This document shows positions 27,693-37,259 of a stretch of DNA of 64,000 nt, one piece after another. The stretch spans positions 3,712,001-3,776,000 of the forward strand of contig OZ252100.1 in the NCBI GenBank assembly GCA_965248435.1. Reading direction: 5' to 3'. Under the pieces are notes generated by a model. It was not told where the DNA came from. It saw only the letters and a list, made by a program, of their open reading frames with translations, and made no database searches. Numbering within the stretch: position 1 is the stretch's first letter; each line of letters opens with the position of its first letter. The DNA is from Candidatus Latescibacterota bacterium. Its GTDB lineage: Bacteria; Latescibacterota; UBA2968; GCA-2709665. The position numbers and the translations under genes were made by a program.

Positions 27693-29219
27693 ATGAGTGA
27701 GCAACCGAACATCCTCCTGATCCTGACGGATGAACACGCGCCCAAGGTGGCCGGGTATTCGGGTGATGGGGTTGTCCGTACGCAGCACCTGAACGACATG
27801 GCCGGACGCTCCGTCCAGTTCGATAACGCCTTCTGCGCGTCGCCGGTCTGCACCCCCTCGAGGATGTGCCTGCTTACGGGCAAAGATGATCACCGATGCG
27901 CGGCATGGGGCAACCACTGGATCATCTTTCCTGAACACGTGACCTGGCCAGCCCATTTCGCGGCGCACGGGTATCGCACCGGTCTAGTCGGTAAGATGCA
28001 CTTCGGCGGTCGCGACCAGATGCAGGGGTTCCAGGTGCGACCTTACGGAGACCTTCGACACGGCTTAAGCCATCAGCCCGAACCGATCGACCTGTTTCCC
28101 TCTTATCATTCCGCCCCAAGTGCCGGGATCACAGAGATTCCAGAGAGTCTTCTGCAGGATGTGGTGGTCACGAGGGAGACGATCGCCCTTTTGCTCGAAC
28201 ACCAGAGCAGTGAACCGGAGACACCCTGGTTCGTATGTGCCTCCTATTCCCGGCCGCACAGTCCCTTTACGGCCCCGGGACGCTACATCGGGTACTATCG
28301 CGATCGGCTGCCACCGATCGATCCGCCCTCGGCCTATGCGGAAAAGCTGGAGCCGTTTGCGCGACGCCTCTGGCGCGATTTTACGCCTGAGGAGACTCAG
28401 CGCGGACGGGAAGCCTACTATGCCTGTGTGGATTTCGTGGATGACTGCATCGGCGAACTCGTGAAGGGTCTGGGCGACGCCGGCCTGCTCGATAACACGG
28501 TCGTCATCTACACGAGCGATCACGGAGAGATGGCCGGCCTGCACGGTCTCTGGGGAAAACAAAACTACTTCGATCCTTCGATCGGGGTTCCGTTTCTGAT
28601 CCAGGGCCCGGGGATACGTGAGGGACATCACCGGGTTCTCCATCCGATCTCGCTCATCGACCTGTATCCGACGACCTGCGGTCTGGCCGGTCTGCCGATT
28701 CCGGAAGGGTTGGACGGCGTAGACTTCAGCGGCCTGCTGGCGGACCCTGAGGATGCTGCGGCACCTCGGGAGTACGTGACAGCCGGTTACTGTTTCTACG
28801 GGGTTAAGATCAACTACAAACAGACAGCGGACGAGGACGCGGCGGCAGGGATGCGTGTCGTGAGGAGCCGGGACTGGAAGTACGTGGATATCGAGAGGGG
28901 TGACCGGCTGCTGTTCGATATGGTGAACGATCCGGGCGAGGAGACGAACCTGGCTGAAAGCTCTGATCAAGCCGATCGATGTCGGAAGATGAGGGAAGCC
29001 CTTTTCGAGGGATTCAGCTGGGAACGGGTTCACGAACAGATGGCGGCGGACAGGGCCCGGGTGTCCGAATTCCAGTCCGGGCAGAAACCGACGACGCCGA
29101 ATCAATACATGCTTCCTGACGGGCGGGTCTTCGATGCGGAGGGGGCGCTCTACGATGCACGGTGGCTCTCTGTCGTACCCGATGCCACTGGCGGGATTAT
29201 TCCCCAGCAGTTCGGATAA
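27693..29219 (+). CDS. Cys-type sulfatase (choline-sulfatase-like)
   Basis: PNILLILTDEH, CTPSR, GKMH, SDHG. Confidence 0.92.
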   Translation: MSEQPNILLILTDEHAPKVAGYSGDGVVRTQHLNDMAGRSVQFDNAFCASPVCTPSRMCLLTGKDDHRCAAWGNHWIIFPEHVTWPAHFAAHGYRTGLVGKMHFGGRDQMQGFQVRPYGDLRHGLSHQPEPIDLFPSYHSAPSAGITEIPESLLQDVVVTRETIALLLEHQSSEPETPWFVCASYSRPHSPFTAPGRYIGYYRDRLPPIDPPSAYAEKLEPFARRLWRDFTPEETQRGREAYYACVDFVDDCIGELVKGLGDAGLLDNTVVIYTSDHGEMAGLHGLWGKQNYFDPSIGVPFLIQGPGIREGHHRVLHPISLIDLYPTTCGLAGLPIPEGLDGVDFSGLLADPEDAAAPREYVTAGYCFYGVKINYKQTADEDAAAGMRVVRSRDWKYVDIERGDRLLFDMVNDPGEETNLAESSDQADRCRKMREALFEGFSWERVHEQMAADRARVSEFQSGQKPTTPNQYMLPDGRVFDAEGALYDARWLSVVPDATGGIIPQQFG

Positions 29220-29224
29220 CATCA

Positions 29225-29254
29225 GTTTCGAGTTTCTAGTTTCTGGTTTCTAGT
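29225..29254 (+). repeat. Heptamer tandem GTTTC(G/T)(A/G) x4
   Basis: gtttcgagtttctagtttctggtttctagt. Confidence 0.7.
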
Positions 29255-29276
29255 TAAAGGCAGGGAGGAGCGAGTT

Positions 29277-30803
29277 GTGATCGAGATCGGCCCGAAGCGT
29301 CAGCTTTTCTTGGATGATCACCTGATCGGCCGGATGGACAACGTCTTCCGCGTCCTTCATCAGCCGGAGAAACACCCCGACAATCCGGTCATGATTCCAG
29401 AGCATCACTGGGAAGGATCCGGGGCCTCACCGAACATGGTGATCTACGATGAGGAGGAAGGACTCTACAAGCTGTGGTACACAAGCTTCAAAGAACACGA
29501 TTCGTTGCCCGGGCTTGAGGATCTGTCGAAGGTGGACGGGATTCACGGGAAGAATTCGGTCGAGGTGCCCGGACTGGACATCCGCCAGCGGAAGGGCGGA
29601 CCCTTGAACGTCTACTCCCACTCCTACGCGACGTCGACCGACGGGATCCATTTCGAAAAACCGGCCCTGGGCCTTGTGGCCTTTCCGGGCTCGGATGAGA
29701 AGACGAACCTCTGTCCGCGCAGGCCTGCGATGTATGACCCGGACGACCCGGATCCTCAGAAGCGGTTCAAGGCAAGGATTGGCACAGGGGACCGGTCGAA
29801 TCGTATGGGGATTTCCTGGTCGCCCGACGGGCTTCACTGGACGGACCACCCTGAGAATCCGGTGCTCGACAAGGGTGTGGGCGCCGGACACGTGATCTGG
29901 GAGGAACGGCTCAACCAGTACGTGGGATACTGCAGACCGATGCCGTGGCTTGTCTACCCGGAACGGGGTCCGCGGGGTATACGCGTTCTGGGCCGGTGCA
30001 CGAGTCCCGACTTCGTCAAGTGGACACTGCCGCAGGATGACGTCGTGCTCGTGCCGGACGATCAGGACGACATCGGGATCGAGTTCTACAACATGCCGTT
30101 TTTCAAGTACGAGGGGTGTTACCTCGGATTCCTGTGGATCTACTACAATTATACCCATACGGGAAATACGGATCCGGAAAGCGGAGGCAGGCCCTCCGAT
30201 GCCGAGGGACTGGACAAACTGATGGACTCACAGCTCGCCTTCACCCGAGATGGCCACGTTTGGACGCGCGTATGCGACCGCGAACTGTTTATGGCGTGCG
30301 GGAAGCCTGGTACCTGGGACGAAATGGAGATTCATCCGACGTGTATGATCGAGCGCGACGGCGAGTTGAAGATCTACTACTCCGGAAAGATCAGGGGTCA
30401 CGGACAGCGGTTGTCTCGCGTGACTGAGACGATCGTCGAGGGTCGCGAGGTTACTGGGGGGGTCGGACTGGCCACGCTCCGCCTGGACGGGTTCGTCTCG
30501 GTCAATGCAGGGGAGGATGTCGGGGAACTGATGACACGGCCGTTCGATCCCGGTGGTGGAGAAAAGGTGTTCATCAATGCGAGTGCGCCGGGAGGGAGCG
30601 TCGGGGTGGAGGTCCTGGATCAGTACGCGGAGCCGCTAGAGAGTTACGCTCGGGAGGATGCGATTCCGTTCACAGGCGATGAGATCGATCACGAGGTGCA
30701 GTGGAAAGAGAGACGGGCCATGGAGGGACTGAACGGAGCGCCGATCCGTCTTCGGTTCGTGATGAAGGATGCTGAGCTCTACTCGTTCAGAATAGGATCT
30801 TGA
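29277..30803 (+). CDS. 508-aa propeller glycosidase-like protein
   Basis: RQLFLDD, HPDNPV, YKLWY, STDGIHFEKP, EFYNM, LRLDGFVS. Confidence 0.82.
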   Translation: MIEIGPKRQLFLDDHLIGRMDNVFRVLHQPEKHPDNPVMIPEHHWEGSGASPNMVIYDEEEGLYKLWYTSFKEHDSLPGLEDLSKVDGIHGKNSVEVPGLDIRQRKGGPLNVYSHSYATSTDGIHFEKPALGLVAFPGSDEKTNLCPRRPAMYDPDDPDPQKRFKARIGTGDRSNRMGISWSPDGLHWTDHPENPVLDKGVGAGHVIWEERLNQYVGYCRPMPWLVYPERGPRGIRVLGRCTSPDFVKWTLPQDDVVLVPDDQDDIGIEFYNMPFFKYEGCYLGFLWIYYNYTHTGNTDPESGGRPSDAEGLDKLMDSQLAFTRDGHVWTRVCDRELFMACGKPGTWDEMEIHPTCMIERDGELKIYYSGKIRGHGQRLSRVTETIVEGREVTGGVGLATLRLDGFVSVNAGEDVGELMTRPFDPGGGEKVFINASAPGGSVGVEVLDQYAEPLESYAREDAIPFTGDEIDHEVQWKERRAMEGLNGAPIRLRFVMKDAELYSFRIGS

Positions 30804-30821
30804 CGTGGGCACCCCTTAGCT

Positions 30822-30977
30822 GTGGGACCCGACTCCAGTCGGGGAAAGGGCCGTTAGAATTCAATTAGGCCCGTGAATTGACGTGTCAACATCCCCAATT
30901 CTGGTGTCGCCGGCCTTATCAATTGGCTCCATCTGACGAGGTTAGAGCCAGTTCCCGGTCTGAAGACCGGTCCCACA
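30822..30977. repeat. Inverted REP doublet (REPIN-like), GTGG type
   Basis: GTGGGACC-CGAC-tcca-GTCG-GGGA and, on the minus strand, GTGGGACC-GGTC-ttca-GACC-GGGA (compensatory stems). Confidence 0.7.
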
Positions 30978-31031
30978 CCGATGGCCGGCTGACAAGCAGG
31001 TGAATAAAGAGGGATTCATGGTGAGCTCAAA

Positions 31032-31799
31032 ATGAAAGGCCTCACAGAAAAAGAACGCTCTTCGTACGAACGTGACGGATTCTTCGTCGTGGAGAATTTA
31101 CTTCCCAGGGAGGAAGTCGATGAACTGCTGGCGCGATTCCGCGAATACACACACGGGGATCGGGACCGGGGAGCGATACGCTTTCGAACGGAGCCCAGAG
31201 TCGAGCGGGGCGAGATCAGCGTTGACCATCCCGGGGATGGGATCCGCAAGGTGGACGGGCTCGTGGAAGGGGATGACCACTTTCAGGCTCTGGGCACACA
31301 TCCCGAGATCGTGTCCAAGGTCGAAGGGATACTGGGTCCCGACATCAAGATGTTTCGGAATACGCTGATGCCAAAAGCGCCCGGCGTGGGTTCAGCCAAA
31401 GGTTTTCATCAAGACTCCCCGTATTGGCCGATCGAACCAATGGCTCTAGTCTCGTGCTGGTTTGCACTGGACGACACCGACGAGGAGAACGGATGTATGC
31501 AGGTCCTTCCAGGAGGTCACAGGCGGGGCCCGCTCCCGCACGTTCGAGTGACGGACGATTTCGTGATCGACCATGAAGTTCAGGTTGAACTCGGCGGATT
31601 GAGGGTCGTGCCGATTTCTGCAGGTGCGGGCATCTTCTTTCACTCGCTGCTGCCCCACTACACCTCGCCTAATCGCTCCGAAAGATGGCGCCGCGCCATC
31701 GCCCTTTCCTACATGAGCGCTAAGTTTCGCTACACGAAAGAAGGCCCCCTGCCTGAATACTTTCAGGTCAAGGGGCAGTCCTATCCCGGCTGCGTCTAA
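31032..31799 (+). CDS. Phytanoyl-CoA dioxygenase (PhyH) family Fe(II)/2OG enzyme
   Basis: YERDGF, HQD, ENGCMQVLPGGH, HxTSPNRS..RR. Confidence 0.92.
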   Translation: MKGLTEKERSSYERDGFFVVENLLPREEVDELLARFREYTHGDRDRGAIRFRTEPRVERGEISVDHPGDGIRKVDGLVEGDDHFQALGTHPEIVSKVEGILGPDIKMFRNTLMPKAPGVGSAKGFHQDSPYWPIEPMALVSCWFALDDTDEENGCMQVLPGGHRRGPLPHVRVTDDFVIDHEVQVELGGLRVVPISAGAGIFFHSLLPHYTSPNRSERWRRAIALSYMSAKFRYTKEGPLPEYFQVKGQSYPGCV

Positions 31800-31955
31800 A
31801 GTCCGTCGGAGGCGTGGTTCGAATCGGTCGAGCGCGACCGGCTGAGGATTCGGGACTAGAGCGGATTTATGTCGCTCCTCAATAAATGATTCCGTATGTT
31901 GGGATGAACTTTCGCGAGTAAGATCGTGCCAGGTCATTGCAGGAGGACATCAGCC

Positions 31956-32876
31956 ATGGCAGAGCCCATCGCATACCTGAAGGGAAAATTCATACCCTAC
32001 TCGGAGGCTGTGCTTCCCGTCTACGACGCGGGCATTGTTCTGGGTGCAACGGTCACGGAGACGACGCGGACGTTCAACCGGAAGCCGTTCATGCTCGGTG
32101 AGCACGTGGATCGGCTCTACCGGTCGATGAAGTACGCCCGCTTCGAGACGGAGATCAGCCCGAAGGAAATGATCGACATCACAATGAAGGTGATCGATCA
32201 CAACCTGAACCTGCTTCCAGAAAAGAAAGAGCTTGGGGTGATCCACTTCGCGACGGCCGGGACCTTTTCGATCTATGCAGGCACCTCGGCGGGGACGGAG
32301 AAGATGGAGCCCACGGTCTGTGTTCATACGTTCGAGCTGCCCCTTCACCTGTGGGCCGATGGCGTGCGGAACGGGGTGCACGCGGTAACGCCATCCAACC
32401 GTCACATTCCCCCGCAGTGTATCGACCCGAAGATGAAGTATCGAAGCCGAATGCACTACTGGCTGGCGGAAAAAGAGGCGAGGATGGTGGACCCGAAGGC
32501 CGCGGTCCTGCTCCTGGACCTGGACGGGAACATCGCGGAGTTCACCGGCGCGAACCTGTTGATCGTCAAGGACGGAACGATCGTTTCCCCGACGTTGCGC
32601 AACACTCTGGAGGGGCTCAGCCGACAGACCGTGATCGAGCTGGCGGGCAAACTCGGGATTCCGTTCGAGGAAAGAGACCTCCAAATCTTCGATTTGGCCA
32701 ACGCGGACGAAGCGATCGAGAGCTCGACGCCTTTCTGCCTCAGGCCGGTGACGAGAATCAACAACATGACGATCGGTAACGGAAAGCCGGGACCGATCAT
32801 CGGCAGGCTACAGAAGGCGTGGAGCGAGCTGGTGGGAGTGGATATCGTCGCTCAAATTCTGGGTGACACGGAGTAG
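31956..32876 (+). CDS. Class IV PLP-dependent aminotransferase
   Basis: DAGIVLG..VTE, HVDRL, PKMK, EFTGAN, LEGLSR; AGGAGG RBS. Confidence 0.9.
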   Translation: MAEPIAYLKGKFIPYSEAVLPVYDAGIVLGATVTETTRTFNRKPFMLGEHVDRLYRSMKYARFETEISPKEMIDITMKVIDHNLNLLPEKKELGVIHFATAGTFSIYAGTSAGTEKMEPTVCVHTFELPLHLWADGVRNGVHAVTPSNRHIPPQCIDPKMKYRSRMHYWLAEKEARMVDPKAAVLLLDLDGNIAEFTGANLLIVKDGTIVSPTLRNTLEGLSRQTVIELAGKLGIPFEERDLQIFDLANADEAIESSTPFCLRPVTRINNMTIGNGKPGPIIGRLQKAWSELVGVDIVAQILGDTE

Positions 32877-32887
32877 CTAGCAACTTA

Positions 32888-32980
32888 CCGGGTACCGGGA
32901 TAGGTAGATAGGTTACAGAGACCTGACGGTTTGGGGGCGACGTCTGCGTCGCCCCGAGAAATCAAAACACGGGTACCGGG
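32888..32980 (+). repeat. 93-bp composite GGGTACC-arm repeat, copy B
   Basis: One mismatch to copy A. Confidence 0.92.
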
Positions 32981-33071
32981 GATCGGGAAAATCAAAACCA
33001 GGAATCACTGCGCAAAGGTCGCAGAGAGAATCCGGATTGAATGCGATTTTTGATTTGTTGGGATATTTCGG

Positions 33072-34178
33072 ATGAAGATTACTGATGTGACCGTACAGCG
33101 CTACGCGTGGCCGCGTTCCAAACCGATTCGCAACGGGAAGTATACCTATACGACGGTCGGATTGAACCTGATTCAGATCGTGACGGACGGGGGCTTGACC
33201 GGGATCGGATGGGGTGGTGGGACCGCCGCGGGTCGTCCCGGCGAGGTGACGAGTGCGCTGGTGGAGCACTTCAAGCAGGCCCTGATCGGTGAGGACCCGT
33301 TCTCCTACCGGCGCCTCTGGGAGCAGATGTGGGAGCCCAAAATCGTGGGACGCCGGGGGATGTCGACGCAGGTGATCAGCGGGATCGACATCGCGCTGTG
33401 GGATCTGATGGGCAAGGCCCTCGGGAAATCGGTGCACAAGCTGCTCGGCGGATACACGGACCGCATCCCGACCTATATCGCCGGCGGCTACTACGAAGAA
33501 GGTAAGGGTCTGAAGGAGCTGGCACAGGAGATGGAGGAAAATCTCGACCTCGGCGCGAAGGCGGTGAAGATGAAGGTGGGCGGCGTGTCGATCCCCGAGG
33601 ATGTGGAGCGGATTCGCGTCGTGAGGGAGACGATCGGGCCCAACATCAAGCTGCTGGTGGACGCCAACAACGCCTACGCGGCCTACGAGGCGATCGACAT
33701 CGCACGCAAGATGGAGCCATACGATCCGTTCTGGTTCGAGGAGCCTGTGGCGCCCGACGACTACCGCGGACACGCGCAGGTTGCGCAGGCGACCGCGATT
33801 CCGATCGCCACGGGAGAGAATGAATACACCCGTTACGGATTCCGGGACCTGATCGACCACGACAGCGCCGCGATCTTCAACGCGGATGCCCAGATCCTTG
33901 GGGGCGTGACCGAGTTCATGCAGGTCGCGGCCCTGGCGGCCGCCCACGACCTGCGCATCGCTCCGCACGGCGCGCAGGAGGTCCACATCCATCTGGTCGC
34001 CGCGATATCGAACGGTCTGATTCTGGAGTTCTATCGCGAGACCGTTGATCCGTTGCGCGGCCGGATCTTCAAGGACCCACTCGTCCTGGACAAGGATGGG
34101 TATGTTACGGTGCCCGATCGGCCCGGCCTGGGGATGGAACCGAATTACGAATTGTTGGAGGAACATCGTGTCGGGTAG
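33072..34178 (+). CDS. Mandelate racemase / muconate lactonizing enzyme family
   Basis: DIALWD, KMK, VDAN, FEEP, TGE, APH. Confidence 0.93.
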   Translation: MKITDVTVQRYAWPRSKPIRNGKYTYTTVGLNLIQIVTDGGLTGIGWGGGTAAGRPGEVTSALVEHFKQALIGEDPFSYRRLWEQMWEPKIVGRRGMSTQVISGIDIALWDLMGKALGKSVHKLLGGYTDRIPTYIAGGYYEEGKGLKELAQEMEENLDLGAKAVKMKVGGVSIPEDVERIRVVRETIGPNIKLLVDANNAYAAYEAIDIARKMEPYDPFWFEEPVAPDDYRGHAQVAQATAIPIATGENEYTRYGFRDLIDHDSAAIFNADAQILGGVTEFMQVAALAAAHDLRIAPHGAQEVHIHLVAAISNGLILEFYRETVDPLRGRIFKDPLVLDKDGYVTVPDRPGLGMEPNYELLEEHRVG

Positions 34179-34198
34179 AGAGGCCCGGTGAGGTAAGC

Positions 34199-35269
34199 GT
34201 GAATATCGAAGTCGTTTCGACACAGGTGTTGTGCAAACAACCCGGGCGGTACATCGGCTGGCCGACGATCGCAAAGACGGCGCAGGAAGAACTGCTGGTC
34301 GTCTTTTCGGGGGACCGTGACTCGCACGTCTGTCCTTACGGCAAGACCCAGATTGTGCGGTCCTCCGACGGAGGCGCGTCGTGGAGTGCTCCGGAGACGA
34401 TCAACGACACGCCACTGGATGATCGGGATGCGGGGATCATCGTGACTCGATCTGGCGCGATCGTGGTGAGCTGGTTTACCGGCGTCATTACGGAAGCGCG
34501 CATGCTGCGATACCGGAAGCAATACGGCGATGAGACGGTGGATCGATGGCAGGCGACGATCGATTCGCTCACTCCTGAGGACCAGCGCGAAGGGCTGGGG
34601 CACTGGGTGCGGCGGTCGGAGGACGGCGGAAAGACCTGGCAGACACCCGTTCGTACGCAGGAGAGCGCGCCTCACGGGCCGATCGAGCTGAGTGACGGAC
34701 GGCTCCTCTACGTCGGCAGGACGATCTTTCACGACGAGGAGGCGCTCCTGGTGGAGCAGTCGGAGGACGACGGACGCACCTGGGCGCTTCTGGGCCGGAT
34801 CGAGATCCCGCCCGATGAATCGATCGATTCCTATCACGAACCGCACGTCGTCGAGACAGAAGACGGACGTCTGGTCGCGATGGTTCGCTACGTGCCTTCG
34901 GACCGATCGCAGCACTTCCTGCGTCAGTCGGAGAGCGAGGACGGCGGCTCGACCTGGACCGTGGCGGAGGCGACTCCGATCTGGGGTTACCCACCCCACC
35001 TGATTCGATTGCAAAACGGATGGCTCCTGGTCGTTTACGGGAAGCGGAGGCCTCCGTACGGAGAGTATGCCTGTATCAGCAAGGACGGGGGAAAGACGTG
35101 GGAGGCCGAGAACGAACTCCTTGTGTGCGCGTCGCACGACGCAGATCTGGGATACCCAGCGTCCGTTCAAGTGGCTGATGGTTCGATCTGGACGGTCTAT
35201 TACCAGAAGGACGAGCCGGATGAGATGCCCTGCCTGATGGGCACGCACTGGCGTGTTCCGGGCGAGTGA
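34199..35269 (+). CDS. Sialidase-like (BNR/Asp-box) protein
   Basis: Five SxD(G/D)GxxW boxes; DLGYP. Confidence 0.88.
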   Translation: MNIEVVSTQVLCKQPGRYIGWPTIAKTAQEELLVVFSGDRDSHVCPYGKTQIVRSSDGGASWSAPETINDTPLDDRDAGIIVTRSGAIVVSWFTGVITEARMLRYRKQYGDETVDRWQATIDSLTPEDQREGLGHWVRRSEDGGKTWQTPVRTQESAPHGPIELSDGRLLYVGRTIFHDEEALLVEQSEDDGRTWALLGRIEIPPDESIDSYHEPHVVETEDGRLVAMVRYVPSDRSQHFLRQSESEDGGSTWTVAEATPIWGYPPHLIRLQNGWLLVVYGKRRPPYGEYACISKDGGKTWEAENELLVCASHDADLGYPASVQVADGSIWTVYYQKDEPDEMPCLMGTHWRVPGE

Positions 35270-36336
35270 GCTGGGGGAGGACCGCCTTGGGGGAGACGAC
35301 GGATCGCATCGAGATGAAGCTTGTTCCCCTTATGGATGGTCCTCTGACTTTCGCGGGTGTGGTGTCGCTGGAGGTCAACGGGACTGTTCATCCGTGGCGG
35401 ATTCCCTTCGACCAGCGTGACCTGTTTGATCCCGGACTGGTACAGAGAGGCGCGTGTCCCGCCGGGGTTCGGTTAAGGTTGTCGAGCGATGCCGAAGTCC
35501 TGACGCTTCGGGTCGTGCCTCCCGTGGAGGAAAGCAGCACGCCCTGGGTGTTCGATCTGCTGATCGACGGTCAACTACACCAACGCTTGCATCCGCCTGT
35601 CGACGCTGGGGAGATTCAATTCATAGATCTACCGAAAGGCGTCCACCCGCTCGAACTCTACCTACCCAGCCAGTACGTTCCAGTTACGATACAATCTCTG
35701 GAAGTCGATCGCGACGCGACGGTCGGCCCCTGGCCGGACGAGCGGCCCCGGTGGGTTACCTATGGCAGCTCGATCACGCACTGCCGCCACGCCCACGGTC
35801 CCAGCGAGACGTGGCCGGCCCTGGTGGCGAATCGGTTCGAGTTGAACCTGATCTGCCTGGGCTACAGCGGGAGCTGCCACGTGGAGCCCATGGTTGCCCG
35901 GATGATTCGCGACCTCTCCGTGGACTATATCAGCCTGAAGCTGGGCGCAAACGTCGTCGGCGGAGGGTCGCTTTCAGAGCGAACATTCCGTGCAGCGGTG
36001 ATCGGGATGATCAAGACGATCCGTGACGGCCATCCCGAAGTACCCATAGGGGTCGTATCGCCCTTTTTCTGGCCCGAGCACGAGTCCATCCCAAACGAAA
36101 AGGGGATGACGATGCCGCTTGCTCGGGAAGTCGTAGAAGAGGCGATTCGAACTCTGCAAAAGTACGGTGACCGAGACCTGCATTACATCGACGGCCTGTC
36201 GATCCTCGGAAATGATGATGGGGAACACGTCGAGGATGGGATCCACGTGAGCGGCGATGGAATGCACTTCGTCGCGGATCGCTTCATTGAACTTGTGATG
36301 CCTGAGTTGACGGGGAACCGTGACCGTGTCGGATGA
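35266..36336 (+). CDS. SGNH/GDSL hydrolase family protein (start uncertain)
   Basis: YGSSIT, LGYSG, LGAN, DGIH. Confidence 0.85.
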   Translation: MSWGRTALGETTDRIEMKLVPLMDGPLTFAGVVSLEVNGTVHPWRIPFDQRDLFDPGLVQRGACPAGVRLRLSSDAEVLTLRVVPPVEESSTPWVFDLLIDGQLHQRLHPPVDAGEIQFIDLPKGVHPLELYLPSQYVPVTIQSLEVDRDATVGPWPDERPRWVTYGSSITHCRHAHGPSETWPALVANRFELNLICLGYSGSCHVEPMVARMIRDLSVDYISLKLGANVVGGGSLSERTFRAAVIGMIKTIRDGHPEVPIGVVSPFFWPEHESIPNEKGMTMPLAREVVEEAIRTLQKYGDRDLHYIDGLSILGNDDGEHVEDGIHVSGDGMHFVADRFIELVMPELTGNRDRVG

Positions 36337-36359
36337 CCATCGCTGAAAGGAGCTGAGCT

Positions 36360-37241
36360 ATGCCGAAACGGATCAACAGGGCGATCGAACTGCTGGAGCA
36401 GGGGCAGCCGATTTACTATATCGATCCACAGGAGGTTTCTTACGAAGCCGGCCGGGAGATGGCCGGTACGTGGGCCGACTACATCAGGATCGAGACGGAA
36501 CACGATCCGTTCGATGTCCACGCCATCGGCGAGTTCATGCGTGGCCTGGTGGATGGCGGTCCTACCCGGAGCGGGCATCGGACGCCGGCCGTGTCCGTGA
36601 CCATTCCGACGGACGGCACGAGCGAAGCCGTGATCCGGGCGAACGCCTGGATGATCAAACAGGTCCTCGCGCAGGGTGTCCACGGCGTTGCGCTGCCCCA
36701 CGCCGAAACGCCGGAGGTCGTCAAAGCCTTCGTCGAATCCTGCCGTTACTCCTTCGAGCAGCTTGGTGTAGGACACGGCCTGGGTCCCGGTCGCAGAGGT
36801 CATAAGGGGCAGGCAACCGCGTCGGAAGTGTGGGGCCTTCCTGTCCAGGAATACTTGAAGCGGGCCGATGTCTGGCCGCTGAATCCCGTGGGCGAGATCA
36901 TGCTCGGAATCAAGATCGAAAACAGACGTGCCCTGGAAAACGCGGAGTCGAGTGCGAAGGTGCCGGGCATCGTCTATGGGGAGTGGGGCGCCGGCGACAT
37001 GGCGATGTCGTTCGGTTATCCGGACGCTCACGACCCTCCTTATCCCGAAGCGGTCTCGCAGGCCCGCCAGCGTGTGAAGACGGCCCTTCAGGAGGCGCAT
37101 GTCTTTTTCCTCGATCTTGTATTCCCGGACACCGTGGTTGAAATGATTGACGACGGCCTGATGATCGGCTCCTGTGGACCTGCGGGAGAAGTGCCTGCCA
37201 AGATCGGGCGGGCCCACACCAAACGCACAATGCCAGTATAG
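36360..37241 (+). CDS. HpcH/HpaI aldolase family protein
   Basis: ETEH, KQVLAQG, PHAET, KIE, GAGDM. Confidence 0.85.
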   Translation: MPKRINRAIELLEQGQPIYYIDPQEVSYEAGREMAGTWADYIRIETEHDPFDVHAIGEFMRGLVDGGPTRSGHRTPAVSVTIPTDGTSEAVIRANAWMIKQVLAQGVHGVALPHAETPEVVKAFVESCRYSFEQLGVGHGLGPGRRGHKGQATASEVWGLPVQEYLKRADVWPLNPVGEIMLGIKIENRRALENAESSAKVPGIVYGEWGAGDMAMSFGYPDAHDPPYPEAVSQARQRVKTALQEAHVFFLDLVFPDTVVEMIDDGLMIGSCGPAGEVPAKIGRAHTKRTMPV

Positions 37242-37259
37242 CGTCGCGGAGGTCACCCA

